NCBI RefSeq assembly: GCF_002087085.1
Contig: NZ_MWQY01000026.1
Coordinates: 1-52,157, forward strand
Direction of reading: 5' to 3'
DNA: 52,157 bases
In this document: piece by piece, positions 36,923 to 46,681 of the stretch
Numbering within the stretch: position 1 is the first letter of the stretch
How the letters are laid out: the number at the start of each line of letters is the position of its first letter
Notes under the pieces: generated by a model
The model's input: only the letters and a program-made list of their open reading frames with translations
The model's database searches: none
What the model was told of the DNA's origin: nothing
Made by a program: the position numbers and the translations under genes

Positions 36923-38530
36923 ATGAAGCTGACTCTGGAAGGACTTACAAAGGATATCCCGCAATGGAAGGCCGGCGGGTATCAGCTGCCGAAATACGAT
37001 ATCGAGAAGGTCAGGGCTGCAACCCTGGCCTCTCCGGTCTGGGTTCACTTCGGTTCCGGTAATATCGCCAGGGGGTATCTGGCGATGCTGCAGCAGAGGC
37101 TGCTGGATGCCGGCCACTCGGACCGGGGTATGATCATCTGTTCATCCTGGGACGAAGAGGTGGTGGACAGGGTCTTCCGGCCCCATGACAACCTGAATGT
37201 GGCTGTAAGCCTGCATGCCGACGGGAGTGTGGACAAGCAGGTTCTGGCAAGCGTGGCGGCCTATATTAAAACGAATTCCGAACTGCCTGAACTGCTGAGG
37301 ATTTTCGAGAACCCCTCACTGCAGATGGCCAGCCTGGCCGCTACGGAGAAGGCCTACTCCCTGAGGGATGCTTCCGGAGGCTATGCCCCCGAGCTCGCTT
37401 CCGCTCTGGAAGCCCCCCCTCGACAACCCGGGCACCTGATGGTACTGATCGCGTTCCTTCTGTACCGCCGCTACCTGGCGGGGGCTGCTCCCCTCGCTCT
37501 GGTGAGCATGGATAACTTTTCCCATAACGGCCTGAAGCTTTTCAGTTCCGTTCACGAAATAGCAGAAAGCTGGGTAAAGACGGGGAGTGTGGAAAAGGCT
37601 TTTCTGGAATATATCGGTGACCCGGCAAGGGTCTCCTTTCCCTGGTCAATGATAGACAGGATTGTGCCGAAGCCTTCGGAACAGGTCAGGGAGATGCTGA
37701 TTGATGACGGCTACGAGAGCGGCGATATCATCACCACGGCCAGGGGCTCAAAGGCCACCACCTTCGTCAATCTCGAGGAGGCTGAGTACCTGGTCATCGA
37801 GGACTCTTTTCCCAACGGCAGACCCGCCCTGGATAAGGCGGGGGTTATCTTTACCGACCGGGATACCGTGGACAAGGTGGAGACCATGAAGGTCTGCACC
37901 GGTCTGAATCCCCTGCATACTACCCTGGCCATATTCGGCTGCCTGCTGGGCTACGACAGAATCTATGAAGAGATGAAGAATCCCCTCCTGCGGCGTTTTG
38001 TCACCCGCCTGGCCTATGATGAGGGACTGCCGGTGGCGGCCCATCCGGGGATAATCGATCCGGAAGAGTTTGTTCACGAGGTTTTGACAAAGCGCTTTCC
38101 CAATCCCTTTGTCCCGGATATGCCCCAGCGTATCGCCTGGGACACCTCCCAGAAGGTTCCGGTGCGCTTCGGGGTCACTTTGAAGGCCTACGCAGCACGG
38201 GGCGCCGATGCCCTTGGGGGGCTGGTCTACATTCCCCTCTTCATTGCCGGCTGGCTGCGCTATCTGCTGGGGGTCAATGATGAGGGAAAACCCTTCGAGA
38301 TCAGTCCCGACCCCCTGGGGCCGGTGCTGCAGGAGAAGCTTGCCGGAATTTCCCTGGGGAATTCAGGTCCCTATACGGAAAACCTCAAGCCGATTCTGTC
38401 GGATGAAAAGCTCTTCGGCATCGACCTGGTTGAAAGCGGTCTGGCCGAGAAGATCTCTGTAATGTTCGGGGAGATGGTAAAAGGCCCGGGGGCTGTGACC
38501 CGGACCCTTGAAAAGTATTGCAGGGAATAA
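36923..38530 (+). CDS. uxuB: Mannitol dehydrogenase family protein (D-mannonate oxidoreductase-like)
   Basis: WVHFGSGNI, TEKAY, SMDNFSHNG, FPWSMIDRIVP, MKVCTGLNPLHT, DTSQK. Confidence 0.8.
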   Translation: MKLTLEGLTKDIPQWKAGGYQLPKYDIEKVRAATLASPVWVHFGSGNIARGYLAMLQQRLLDAGHSDRGMIICSSWDEEVVDRVFRPHDNLNVAVSLHADGSVDKQVLASVAAYIKTNSELPELLRIFENPSLQMASLAATEKAYSLRDASGGYAPELASALEAPPRQPGHLMVLIAFLLYRRYLAGAAPLALVSMDNFSHNGLKLFSSVHEIAESWVKTGSVEKAFLEYIGDPARVSFPWSMIDRIVPKPSEQVREMLIDDGYESGDIITTARGSKATTFVNLEEAEYLVIEDSFPNGRPALDKAGVIFTDRDTVDKVETMKVCTGLNPLHTTLAIFGCLLGYDRIYEEMKNPLLRRFVTRLAYDEGLPVAAHPGIIDPEEFVHEVLTKRFPNPFVPDMPQRIAWDTSQKVPVRFGVTLKAYAARGADALGGLVYIPLFIAGWLRYLLGVNDEGKPFEISPDPLGPVLQEKLAGISLGNSGPYTENLKPILSDEKLFGIDLVESGLAEKISVMFGEMVKGPGAVTRTLEKYCRE

Positions 38531-38563
38531 AAAAGCCGGCGTCGCGAAGACGCCGGCTTTTTT
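38529..38563. terminator. Bidirectional intrinsic terminator
   Basis: aaaaaagccggcgtc-gcgaa-gacgccggctttttt between convergent genes. Confidence 0.92.
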
Positions 38564-39349
38564 CTAAACAGTCACCTTCATGGCTCCGGTGGTAAGCCCG
38601 CCGTCCACCATCATAAGCTGTCCTGTCACATATTCCGAGGCCTCGGAGGCCAGGAAGACCGCCATACCCGCAAGGTCTTCGGGTTTTCCCACCCGCTTTT
38701 TGGGGATGCGGTCCACGATGTAGTCCACCCAGGCCTGGTTTTCGTAGAGGACCCTGGTCTGCTCCGTTTTGAACCAGCCGGGACCCAGGGTGTTGACGTT
38801 AATACCGTCGTTGCCCCACTCATCCGCAAGGCTCTGGGTCAGCTGGCGGATTCCGCCCCGGCTCGCGCAGTAAGGTCCGATGCCGCCGGACCCGAACTTG
38901 CTGGTTCCGGAACCGATGTTGATGATGCGTCCGTACTTCTGCTTCAGCATCGATTTTTTTGCCACCGCGGCGCACATGAAGAAAGCGCCCTTGAGGTTGG
39001 TGTCCAGCACCATGTCCCACTCTTCGCCGCTCATCTCGATGGTGGGCTTCCGTACGTTGCAGCCCGCGTTGTTCACCAGGATGTCGATGCGTCCGTATTC
39101 CGCCATCACTTTGTCGGTGGCCTTGTCGATGCTGTCCAGGTCCCGGACATCCAGAGCCACCGGCAATGCGCGTCTTCCCAGGGCTTCTATCTCTCTGCAG
39201 GTACCTTCCAGGGAGGATTCCTTCCGGCTGGTAACCGCCAGGTCCGCTCCGGCTTCTGCCAGGGCTTTCGCAATCGCCAGGCCAAGTCCCCGGCTGGCGC
39301 CGGTTACCAGGGCTATTTTTCCGCTTAAATCAAACATGGATGTTGTCAT
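38564..39349 (-). CDS. SDR, gluconate 5-dehydrogenase/KduD-like
   Basis: FDLSGKIALVTGASRGLG, NNAG, YCASR, GPGWFKT, VDGG. Confidence 0.85.
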   Translation of the reverse strand: MTTSMFDLSGKIALVTGASRGLGLAIAKALAEAGADLAVTSRKESSLEGTCREIEALGRRALPVALDVRDLDSIDKATDKVMAEYGRIDILVNNAGCNVRKPTIEMSGEEWDMVLDTNLKGAFFMCAAVAKKSMLKQKYGRIINIGSGTSKFGSGGIGPYCASRGGIRQLTQSLADEWGNDGINVNTLGPGWFKTEQTRVLYENQAWVDYIVDRIPKKRVGKPEDLAGMAVFLASEASEYVTGQLMMVDGGLTTGAMKVTV

Positions 39350-39377
39350 AAACCGCGTTCTCCTTGTTGTGTTTGGT

Positions 39378-40409
39378 TCAGGGTTCCAGAATAACCTTCA
39401 TGAGTCCGGCTTCCCGATTGTAGAGCCGTGTGAAATAGTCGGCCCCTTCTTCCAGAGGTGCTACCTTGGAAATCAGCGAATCCACATCTACGCGTCCGCT
39501 CTGGATCAGCTGGAGAGACGAGGCAAACTCCCCGGAAGAGGCGTTGGAACCCCTCAGGGTAATCTGGTGGGAGACTATATGCTGCAGGGGCAGCTTGATC
39601 TCAGGCGCCAGGTTTCCGATGGCCGTAACGTTGCCGCCCTTACGGACGCTGTAGAGACAGGCATGCACGGTACTCTCCATACCCACCGCGTCCAGGGCAA
39701 TCTGGGCGCCCAGGCCGCCGGTCAGTTTTTTCATTTCTGCGGGTATGTCGTCTTTTTTTGGATTGAAGGTGCCGGTGGCGCCGAAATCCATGGCCTGCTT
39801 CAGGCGCCCCTCATCCACGTCGGCCACGTATATGCGTCCGCAGCCCGCGGTGCGCAGGACCTGCAGGGTCAGAAGCCCGATAATACCTGCGCCCATCAGA
39901 AGGGCAGTGTCACCGATGGTTATGGGGGTTATGCTGACCCCGTGGACAGCCACCGCCAGGGGTTCGATCATGGCGGCCTGGACGAAACTTACCTCATCGG
40001 GCATTGGATACAGCACGATGGCGGGAACCACCACATATTCGGCAAAGGCTCCATCCCGGTGATACTCGTCGCAGGCGACCCCCAGGACCTGGCGGTTTTC
40101 GCAGAAGTTGAAGTTTCCTTCCCGACAGTAGCGGCACTCTCCGCAGAAGAGGGTGGAGTCAAAGGTCACCCGGTCGCCTTTGGCATACCCTTTTACCCCG
40201 GGGCCGAGCTCTTCGATTACACCTGAGGCCTCGTGCCCCATGATCAGCGGGGGAATCCGCCGTCCGGTGCTGCCGTCAAGGCCGTGGATGTCGCTTCCGC
40301 AAATACCGCAGGCCTTTACCTTTATAAGGACCTCTCCCGCCTTGGGGGAGGGTTTCGGCGCATCGATTATTTCCTGATGATTGTACTCTTTCAATTGCAG
40401 GGCTTTCAT
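39378..40409 (-). CDS. Zn-dependent polyol/sugar dehydrogenase (MDR family)
   Basis: CGICGSD, GHEASG, CGECRYC...C structural Zn, GAGIIG. Confidence 0.9.
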   Translation of the reverse strand: MKALQLKEYNHQEIIDAPKPSPKAGEVLIKVKACGICGSDIHGLDGSTGRRIPPLIMGHEASGVIEELGPGVKGYAKGDRVTFDSTLFCGECRYCREGNFNFCENRQVLGVACDEYHRDGAFAEYVVVPAIVLYPMPDEVSFVQAAMIEPLAVAVHGVSITPITIGDTALLMGAGIIGLLTLQVLRTAGCGRIYVADVDEGRLKQAMDFGATGTFNPKKDDIPAEMKKLTGGLGAQIALDAVGMESTVHACLYSVRKGGNVTAIGNLAPEIKLPLQHIVSHQITLRGSNASSGEFASSLQLIQSGRVDVDSLISKVAPLEEGADYFTRLYNREAGLMKVILEP

Positions 40410-40454
40410 TCTGTGCTCCTTTTATATCCTGATATTACCTATGAACTGTTGATC

Positions 40455-40493
40455 TTGCATACAAAGATACGATCATATGTATGATACCATACA
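40455..40493. promoter_or_regulatory. Candidate GntR/FadR-family operators
   Basis: TTGCATACAA (40455-40464) and TGTATG-ATAC-CATACA palindrome (40478-40493) upstream of the dehydrogenase genes. Confidence 0.5.
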
Positions 40494-40654
40494 AGTTTAA
40501 TGGATGCAGCATACAATCTCAATATCGGGAAAAAATAAATTCCGGTATTGACAGAGCAGGGATAATTCGCTAAAAATATATCGAATGCTGAGATCGGACC
40601 CAGGTCCTTCAAGGCTTCCAATCTTTCCATTCCTGATCCGGAGGTACTAATCTG

Positions 40655-40936
40655 ATGGAAAAGCGTTTGGGCGTCGTTTCTATTCTGCTTGAATCCAGAG
40701 ATTCCGTGCGGACCATGAACACGATCCTCTCCGACTTTGGCGAGTTAATCCTGGCTCGTCAGGGGCTTCCCCTGCGGCACAAGGGTATTCACGTCATATC
40801 TCTGGTTGTGGAAGGCACAACCGACGAGATAGGTGCGCTGACGGGAAAGCTTGGGCGTCTGGAAAAAGTCCAGGTAAAATCCGTTCTCACCAGGTATCGG
40901 GAGGACGATAGTGACGAAACTGAAGACAAAGCCTGA
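40655..40936 (+). CDS. TM1266-family putative [FeFe]-hydrogenase system regulator
   Basis: RLGVVSI...ILARQGLP...ISLVVEGTTDEIGALTGKLGRL..VQVKS; first gene of hyd operon. Confidence 0.88.
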   Translation: MEKRLGVVSILLESRDSVRTMNTILSDFGELILARQGLPLRHKGIHVISLVVEGTTDEIGALTGKLGRLEKVQVKSVLTRYREDDSDETEDKA

Positions 40937-42320
40937 TTTTATCGACAGGAAAAAGCTTGAACATCTGGGCTCTCTCAATGAGCCTGACGAGGGTAGGCGG
41001 CAGGAAATCATCTCAAAAGCCAGGGAGCTCAAGGGACTCGATCTGGATGAAGCCGCAGAACTGCTTGCCTGCTCCAGCCCGGAAGCGGTACAGGACCTGC
41101 TTTCTGCGGCAGCCTTTGTAAAGCAGGAGATCTACGGTCCAAGGATGGTGTTGTTCGCCCCCCTCTATGCGGGCAACAAGTGCTGCAACGACTGCCTCTA
41201 CTGCGGTTTTCGCAGAAGCAATACAGAATTGACCCGTGTGACCCTTACGCGGGAGGCGATTGCGGCAGAGACCCTGGAACTCCTGCGACAGGGTCACAAG
41301 CGGCTCCTTCTTCTGACCGGCGAGGCCGCCGAGTACACCATGGACTATACCCTCATGGCCCTGGAGACCATGTACTCGGTCAGGGACAGAAAGGGTTCCT
41401 CCATCAGGCGCATAAACGTCGAACTCGCCCCCATGTCGGTGGACAATTTCCGGCGCCTCAAGGAAGGAAAAATCGGGACCTATACCTGTTTCCAGGAGAC
41501 CTATGATCCGGACCTGTACCGGCAGTACCATCCTGCGGGGCCCAAGGCAGACTACCACTGGCGCCTCGAGGTAATGGACCGGGCCATGGAGGCGGGGATA
41601 GACGATGTGGGCCTTGGAGTCCTCTTCGGGCTTGCGGATTACCGGAAGGAAGTTCTCTCCATGCTGATGCACGCCGCCCATCTGGAGGAACGCTTCGGCT
41701 GCGGACCCCATACCGTGAGCGTACCCCGCCTTGAACCGGCTTTGGGCGCCCCGGTGAGCGAATCCGTTCCGTATCCCGTTTCCGACCTGGATTTCAAAAA
41801 GCTCGTCGCGGTTTTGCGGCTCACCCTGCCCTATACGGGGATTATTCTCTCCACCCGGGAATCGGCACAGCTGCGAAGTGAACTCTTCCGCTATGGTGTA
41901 AGCCAGGTTTCTGCCGGGTCCCGGACCAACCCAGGCGGCTACGGCGAAGAACAGACCCGGGAAGAGGAGTTCAGCCACAGCCAGTTCTCCCTGGGGGACC
42001 ACCGCAGCCTGGCGGAGGTGGTGGACAACCTGGCGGATTACGGGCTGGTTCCATCCTTCTGTACCGGCTGTTACCGGATGGGGCGTACGGGAAGCGATTT
42101 TATGGACCTGGCAAAGCCGGGGCTCATCAGGCAGTTCTGCCTGCCCAACGGACTTGCCACCTTCGCGGAGTATCTGGAGGACTATGCTCCGGAAGAGCTG
42201 AAAAAGAAGGGCCTCACCCTTATCGAGAGAATAGCCGCGGACCAGCAGGAATCCATAGCCTCCATGATCAGGGAGAACAGCGCCCGGGTTGCTGGCGGAG
42301 AGAGGGATATCTATGTCTGA
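40911..42320 (+). CDS. hydG: [FeFe]-hydrogenase H-cluster radical SAM maturase HydG
   Basis: FAPLY, CCNDCLYC, FQETY, GPHTVSVPR, C-terminal PSFCTGCYR...FCLPN. Confidence 0.93.
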   Translation: MTKLKTKPDFIDRKKLEHLGSLNEPDEGRRQEIISKARELKGLDLDEAAELLACSSPEAVQDLLSAAAFVKQEIYGPRMVLFAPLYAGNKCCNDCLYCGFRRSNTELTRVTLTREAIAAETLELLRQGHKRLLLLTGEAAEYTMDYTLMALETMYSVRDRKGSSIRRINVELAPMSVDNFRRLKEGKIGTYTCFQETYDPDLYRQYHPAGPKADYHWRLEVMDRAMEAGIDDVGLGVLFGLADYRKEVLSMLMHAAHLEERFGCGPHTVSVPRLEPALGAPVSESVPYPVSDLDFKKLVAVLRLTLPYTGIILSTRESAQLRSELFRYGVSQVSAGSRTNPGGYGEEQTREEEFSHSQFSLGDHRSLAEVVDNLADYGLVPSFCTGCYRMGRTGSDFMDLAKPGLIRQFCLPNGLATFAEYLEDYAPEELKKKGLTLIERIAADQQESIASMIRENSARVAGGERDIYV

Positions 42321-43344
42321 TATCTCCCGCTGGGAGGAACTGTTCCTGCAGGGCAGGCTCGATGAGCTCAGTGCGGCAGCTATGGACTTGACCCGGACGC
42401 ACTTCGGCGATTCAGTATTTCTGCGGGGACTCCTGGAATACAGCAACCACTGCAGCAGCAACTGCCTCTACTGCGGAATCCGCAGGGACAATTCCCGGGT
42501 TGAACGCTACCGTCTGGATGACCGGATGATCTACGCCGCCGTCGATTCAGGATTTTCGCGCGGACTGCGCACCTTCGTACTTCAGGGCGGGGAGGACCCC
42601 GAGTTCGGTACCGATCGGATGTGTCGCATTGTCCGGGAAATAAAAAAGCGGACCGGCGGGATGGCGGCTGTAACCCTGAGCTGCGGCATCCTCTCCCGGG
42701 AGGACTATGCGGCCCTCAAATCCGCCGGGGCGGACAGGTACCTGCTGCGCTTCGAAACCTCGGATCCGGAACTGCATCGTAACTTAAGGGATGGCGTCAG
42801 TCTGGAGCGGAGGCTGAAGGCTCTTGATGACCTTCGCAACCTCGGGTTTCAGACGGGTTCCGGCTTTATGGTGGGACTCCCCGGAGAAGACGACGAGCTT
42901 GTCCTGCGGAATATCCGCCTTGCCCGGGAACTCGAGCTGGACATGATCGGTATCGGGCCCTTCATCCCTCACCCCCAGACACCCCTGGCCGAGTCTCCCC
43001 AGGTTCCCCTGGAGAAGACCCTCCTTGCCACGGCGATGCTGCGCATAACCTGCCCCAAAGCCCACATTCCGGCCACCACCGCAGCCGGAAGCCTGGAACC
43101 CGACGGCAGGGAAAGAATGCTCCGCTGCGGCGCCAACGTGCTCATGCCGAACATCAGCCCCGTGGAGGTAAAGCCCCATTATATGCTCTATCCGGGGAAG
43201 ATCTGTCTGGATGAGGACGGCCTGCACTGCATCGGCTGTCTGGCAGGACGAGTGGCCTTGGTGGGACGGAAGCTGGATTTTGACCGGGCGGACGGACGTG
43301 TTATCCATGAGCGTGCCGGAGCAAAGGAATCTGCATCCGTATGA
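42313..43344 (+). CDS. hydE: [FeFe]-hydrogenase radical SAM maturase HydE
   Basis: RGLLEYSNHCSSNCLYC, VLQGGED, RYLLRFET, GIGPFIPHPQTP, PATTA, GANVLMPN, YMLYPGK. Confidence 0.92.
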   Translation: MSDISRWEELFLQGRLDELSAAAMDLTRTHFGDSVFLRGLLEYSNHCSSNCLYCGIRRDNSRVERYRLDDRMIYAAVDSGFSRGLRTFVLQGGEDPEFGTDRMCRIVREIKKRTGGMAAVTLSCGILSREDYAALKSAGADRYLLRFETSDPELHRNLRDGVSLERRLKALDDLRNLGFQTGSGFMVGLPGEDDELVLRNIRLARELELDMIGIGPFIPHPQTPLAESPQVPLEKTLLATAMLRITCPKAHIPATTAAGSLEPDGRERMLRCGANVLMPNISPVEVKPHYMLYPGKICLDEDGLHCIGCLAGRVALVGRKLDFDRADGRVIHERAGAKESASV

Positions 43345-44663
43345 GCAGGCTGTGGAAACAGGAAACTGCGAAGGCCCTGGAGAACTTCGGACCCGGCGGG
43401 CTTCCCCGGCAGCTGATCCGGGCCTATGGCGAAGTCAAGCGGGCTGCACTGGCGGCGGTACACCGCCATGATCCTGAACTCTGGACGGAAGAGGCCGCCG
43501 CAGCCATTGCCGGAGCCTGTACCGCGATTATAAGGGGAGACCACGATGACGCCTTTCCCATCTCCCTGTCCCAGGGCGGGGCGGGGACCAGTATTCACCT
43601 TAACGTGAATGAGGTTATCTCCTCCCTGGTGGAACAGTCCTGCGGCTGCAGTCTTGATCCCCTGGAGGATCTGGCCAGGTTTCAATCCACCAACGATACC
43701 TTTGCGACAGCCGTCAATGTGGCCCTGCTCCGGGGACTGGCGGAGATAGAAAAGCAGGTGATCGCTCTGCAGGAAAAGCTCGTCCGGATGGAGACAGAAT
43801 ATGACGCAGTTCTGATGACGGGCCGTACGGAGATGCAGGATGCCCTGCCCCTCGGTCTGGGACAGCTCTTCGGTTCCTGGGCAGGAATGGCGGAACGGGA
43901 CCGCTGGCGCCTCTCCAAGCTTGCAGAAAGGATACGGGAAGTCCCCCTGGGGGGAACGGCCATCGGGACCTGCTTCAATGCTCCCCGGGATTACATGAAC
44001 GATGCCCTCCGGACCCTGCGGTCCATTACCGGGCTTCCCCTGGCGCGGAGTCAGAACCTTCCCGACGCGGTGGCCCACAAGGATTCCCTGGGGGAGTTGG
44101 CTTCAGGTTACGCTCTGGCCGCCGGAAATCTGCTGAAGATTGCCGGAGACCTTCTCTATTACACCAGCAGCCCTGTGGGGGAGTTTCAGCATCCGGATCT
44201 TCAGTGGGGTTCCAGCATAATGCCGGTAAAGGTGAACCCGGTGCTCCTGGAGTTTGTCCAGGGACTTGCACTGCGGGTAGAAGGGGATGGGAGGACCTCA
44301 TGTGTCTATGCCCGGGAATCCCGGCTTCAGCTGAACTCCATGCTTCCCTTTCTTGCAGAGAGCATCTTCCGCCAGGAGTCAGCCCTTTCCGCCGCCCTGA
44401 AAGCCCTCTGTCGCTTTCTGGACGAGGTGAAGATCAACACCCAACGCATGGAAGCCAATCTCGCCTCCTCCCCGGCACTTCTTAACGCCCTTCTGCCGAA
44501 GCTGGGCTATCACCGGCTGAAACCCCTGATCAATGAGTTTGCGGCTCAGCCGCCCCGGGACTTTGAGGAATTCCGGCGTCGGGCGGCTGCAGTATTGGAC
44601 CTGGATCCGGCTCTTCTGGACGGGTGGCTCAGTCCGGAAGAGCTTATCGGCCAATCCTTTTAA
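43341..44663 (+). CDS. aspA: Aspartate ammonia-lyase-like protein (fumarase/aspartase superfamily)
   Basis: QGGAGTS, QSTND, GRTEMQDA, GGTAIGT, GSSIMPVKVNP. Confidence 0.82.
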   Translation: MSRLWKQETAKALENFGPGGLPRQLIRAYGEVKRAALAAVHRHDPELWTEEAAAAIAGACTAIIRGDHDDAFPISLSQGGAGTSIHLNVNEVISSLVEQSCGCSLDPLEDLARFQSTNDTFATAVNVALLRGLAEIEKQVIALQEKLVRMETEYDAVLMTGRTEMQDALPLGLGQLFGSWAGMAERDRWRLSKLAERIREVPLGGTAIGTCFNAPRDYMNDALRTLRSITGLPLARSQNLPDAVAHKDSLGELASGYALAAGNLLKIAGDLLYYTSSPVGEFQHPDLQWGSSIMPVKVNPVLLEFVQGLALRVEGDGRTSCVYARESRLQLNSMLPFLAESIFRQESALSAALKALCRFLDEVKINTQRMEANLASSPALLNALLPKLGYHRLKPLINEFAAQPPRDFEEFRRRAAAVLDLDPALLDGWLSPEELIGQSF

Positions 44664-44679
44664 AGAACGAGGCAGGAAT

Positions 44680-45879
44680 ATGAAATCAACACCCCTGGCG
44701 GAACAGTCCCGGATCGTACTTCTTGGAATCCGAAACGCCGGCAAAAGCTCACTGATGAACGCCCTTTTCGGAAAGAAGGTCGCCATCGTTTCCGGGCAGC
44801 CCGGCACCACCACCGACCCGGTGACCCGAAGCTTCGAGATTCCCGGCCTTGGCCCCGCGGCGATAGTGGATACCGCAGGTATCGACGACGAAGGAGAGCT
44901 GGGGACTTTGCGTATAAAGGCTGCCATGGAACGGACCAGAAGCGCCGACATGGTGATCATGGTAAGTCCGGGCCACCTGAGCCCTACGGAAGCAGAAGAG
45001 CAGCTCTACTCCCGGCTCTTCGGCCGGGCAGCTGAAAATGGGAAGGCCCCGGCCCTGCTCGTGCTGACCCATGGCAGGGAAAACCTTGACAAAAAGAAAC
45101 GAGGCTGGCTTGAAAGCACCGGTGGCTTTTGCGTGGAGAACCCCGAAGCTAAGGGAATTGCCGAACTGATTGCGGCCATCGGAAAAATCGCCCCGGCGGC
45201 CGAACCGACACCCCTGGAGGGGCTTGTCAGCGAGGGCGACCTGATACTCCTGGTAACCCCCATCGATCTGGCGGCCCCCAAAGGGCGCCTCATCCTGCCC
45301 CAGGTGGAGACCCTCAGAGATGCCCTGGACCGGGACTGCGCTTCCCTGGTGGTAAAGGAACGGGAGCTTTTCCGTTTTTATCAGGCTCTTAAGGAGCCTC
45401 CAAAGCTGGTGATTACCGACAGCCAGGCCTTCCATAAAGTAGCCGCGGACATTCCCGAGGACCAGCCCCTTACCAGTTTCAGCATCCTCTTCGCCCGTAA
45501 AAAGGGGGAACTGGACAGGTACAATCCGGGACTTGCGGCTCTCGAGAAGATGAAGCCGGCGCCCAGAATTCTCATGCTGGAAAGCTGTTCACACCACCGG
45601 CAGGCGGATGATATCGGAACGGTTAAAATTCCGCGTCTCTTTCGCCAGATGGTCCGCCGGGATGCGGAGTTCATCTTCAGCCGCCGGATGCCGGAGAAAG
45701 ATGAACTGAAGGATCTGGATCTCGTAATAATGTGCGCCTCCTGTATGCTCACCCGTACGAAGGTCATGACACGCCTCGACGCCTTCAGGGATGCCGGAGT
45801 TCCGGTGCTGAATTACGGTCTGTTTCTGGCCTGGGCAAACGGGCTTTTCCCCCGGGCTCTGGAGCCCCTGGAGCAATAA
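44680..45879 (+). CDS. hydF: [FeFe]-hydrogenase maturation GTPase HydF
   Basis: GIRNAGKSS, GTTTDPV, DTAG, APKGRLILPQV, TDSQ, TSFSILFAR, CSHH...DDIGTVKIP, NYG. Confidence 0.93.
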   Translation: MKSTPLAEQSRIVLLGIRNAGKSSLMNALFGKKVAIVSGQPGTTTDPVTRSFEIPGLGPAAIVDTAGIDDEGELGTLRIKAAMERTRSADMVIMVSPGHLSPTEAEEQLYSRLFGRAAENGKAPALLVLTHGRENLDKKKRGWLESTGGFCVENPEAKGIAELIAAIGKIAPAAEPTPLEGLVSEGDLILLVTPIDLAAPKGRLILPQVETLRDALDRDCASLVVKERELFRFYQALKEPPKLVITDSQAFHKVAADIPEDQPLTSFSILFARKKGELDRYNPGLAALEKMKPAPRILMLESCSHHRQADDIGTVKIPRLFRQMVRRDAEFIFSRRMPEKDELKDLDLVIMCASCMLTRTKVMTRLDAFRDAGVPVLNYGLFLAWANGLFPRALEPLEQ

Positions 45880-45945
45880 GGCCGGGTATCTGTAAAGATT
45901 GACCCCGCATATCCCATGGAGTATGGTTTACCGGAGGAGTATGCC

Positions 45946-46578
45946 ATGGCTCGTATTCTCTGTTTCGGCGATTCAAATACCTGGGGGTGGAATCCTCACG
46001 ACAAATCCCGCTACGGAAAGGAGACCCGCTGGACCGGGAGACTGCAGGAGATGTTCGGAACCCTGCATGAGATTATCGAGGAGGGCCTCAACGGACGGAC
46101 CACCACCTTCGATGATCACGTCTCCGGAGGCGGTAAAAAAGGATTGAGCTATCTGATCCCCTGCCTGGAAACCCACAGACCCATCGACCTTGTAATCATG
46201 ATGCTGGGCACAAACGATCTGAAGCTGCGCTTTTCCCTGTCCGCCTATGATATCGCACGGGCAATGGACAGGCTTGTCGCAACCGTACTTGGCAGCACTG
46301 CAGGGCCTGCAGGAGAAAGCCCCCAGGTGCTCCTTGTGAGTCCGGCAAGGGTGGGCCCTTTATCGGACTTTAAAGAGATGTTTGCCGGGGCCCGGGAGAA
46401 GTCATTGCTGCTGGGCAGGCATTATCGTCAGGTGTCGCTTGAACGGGGGTGTCATTTTCTGGATGCCGCGGAGCTGATCGAATCGAGCCCTGTCGACGGA
46501 ATCCATCTGGAAAAGGAGTCCCATGGGATTCTGGCTGAGGCCTTTGTACAGAAGATCGGGCAGATCCTTCAGTCCTGA
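45946..46578 (+). CDS. SGNH/GDSL hydrolase
   Basis: GDSNTWG, EGLNGRT, GTND, DGIH. Confidence 0.9.
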   Translation: MARILCFGDSNTWGWNPHDKSRYGKETRWTGRLQEMFGTLHEIIEEGLNGRTTTFDDHVSGGGKKGLSYLIPCLETHRPIDLVIMMLGTNDLKLRFSLSAYDIARAMDRLVATVLGSTAGPAGESPQVLLVSPARVGPLSDFKEMFAGAREKSLLLGRHYRQVSLERGCHFLDAAELIESSPVDGIHLEKESHGILAEAFVQKIGQILQS

Positions 46579-46681
46579 ATCCTTCCGGAAGGATAAAGAA
46601 GTTTTTTGACGATGCCCTGAAACGGTGATACTCTGAAAAGAAGCTGCACACAGTCAGCCAGTTTAACTTTGAGAGTGTCAT

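Noticed and set aside
40586..40660. TPP riboswitch (gctgaga ... cctgatccgg) with hydG read as thiH
   Set aside because: The P5 loop/closing strand (TAAT...GCG.AGGGA) and P1-P3 are missing; the downstream gene has the HydG C-terminal CxxC-x22-C and sits with hydE/hydF.
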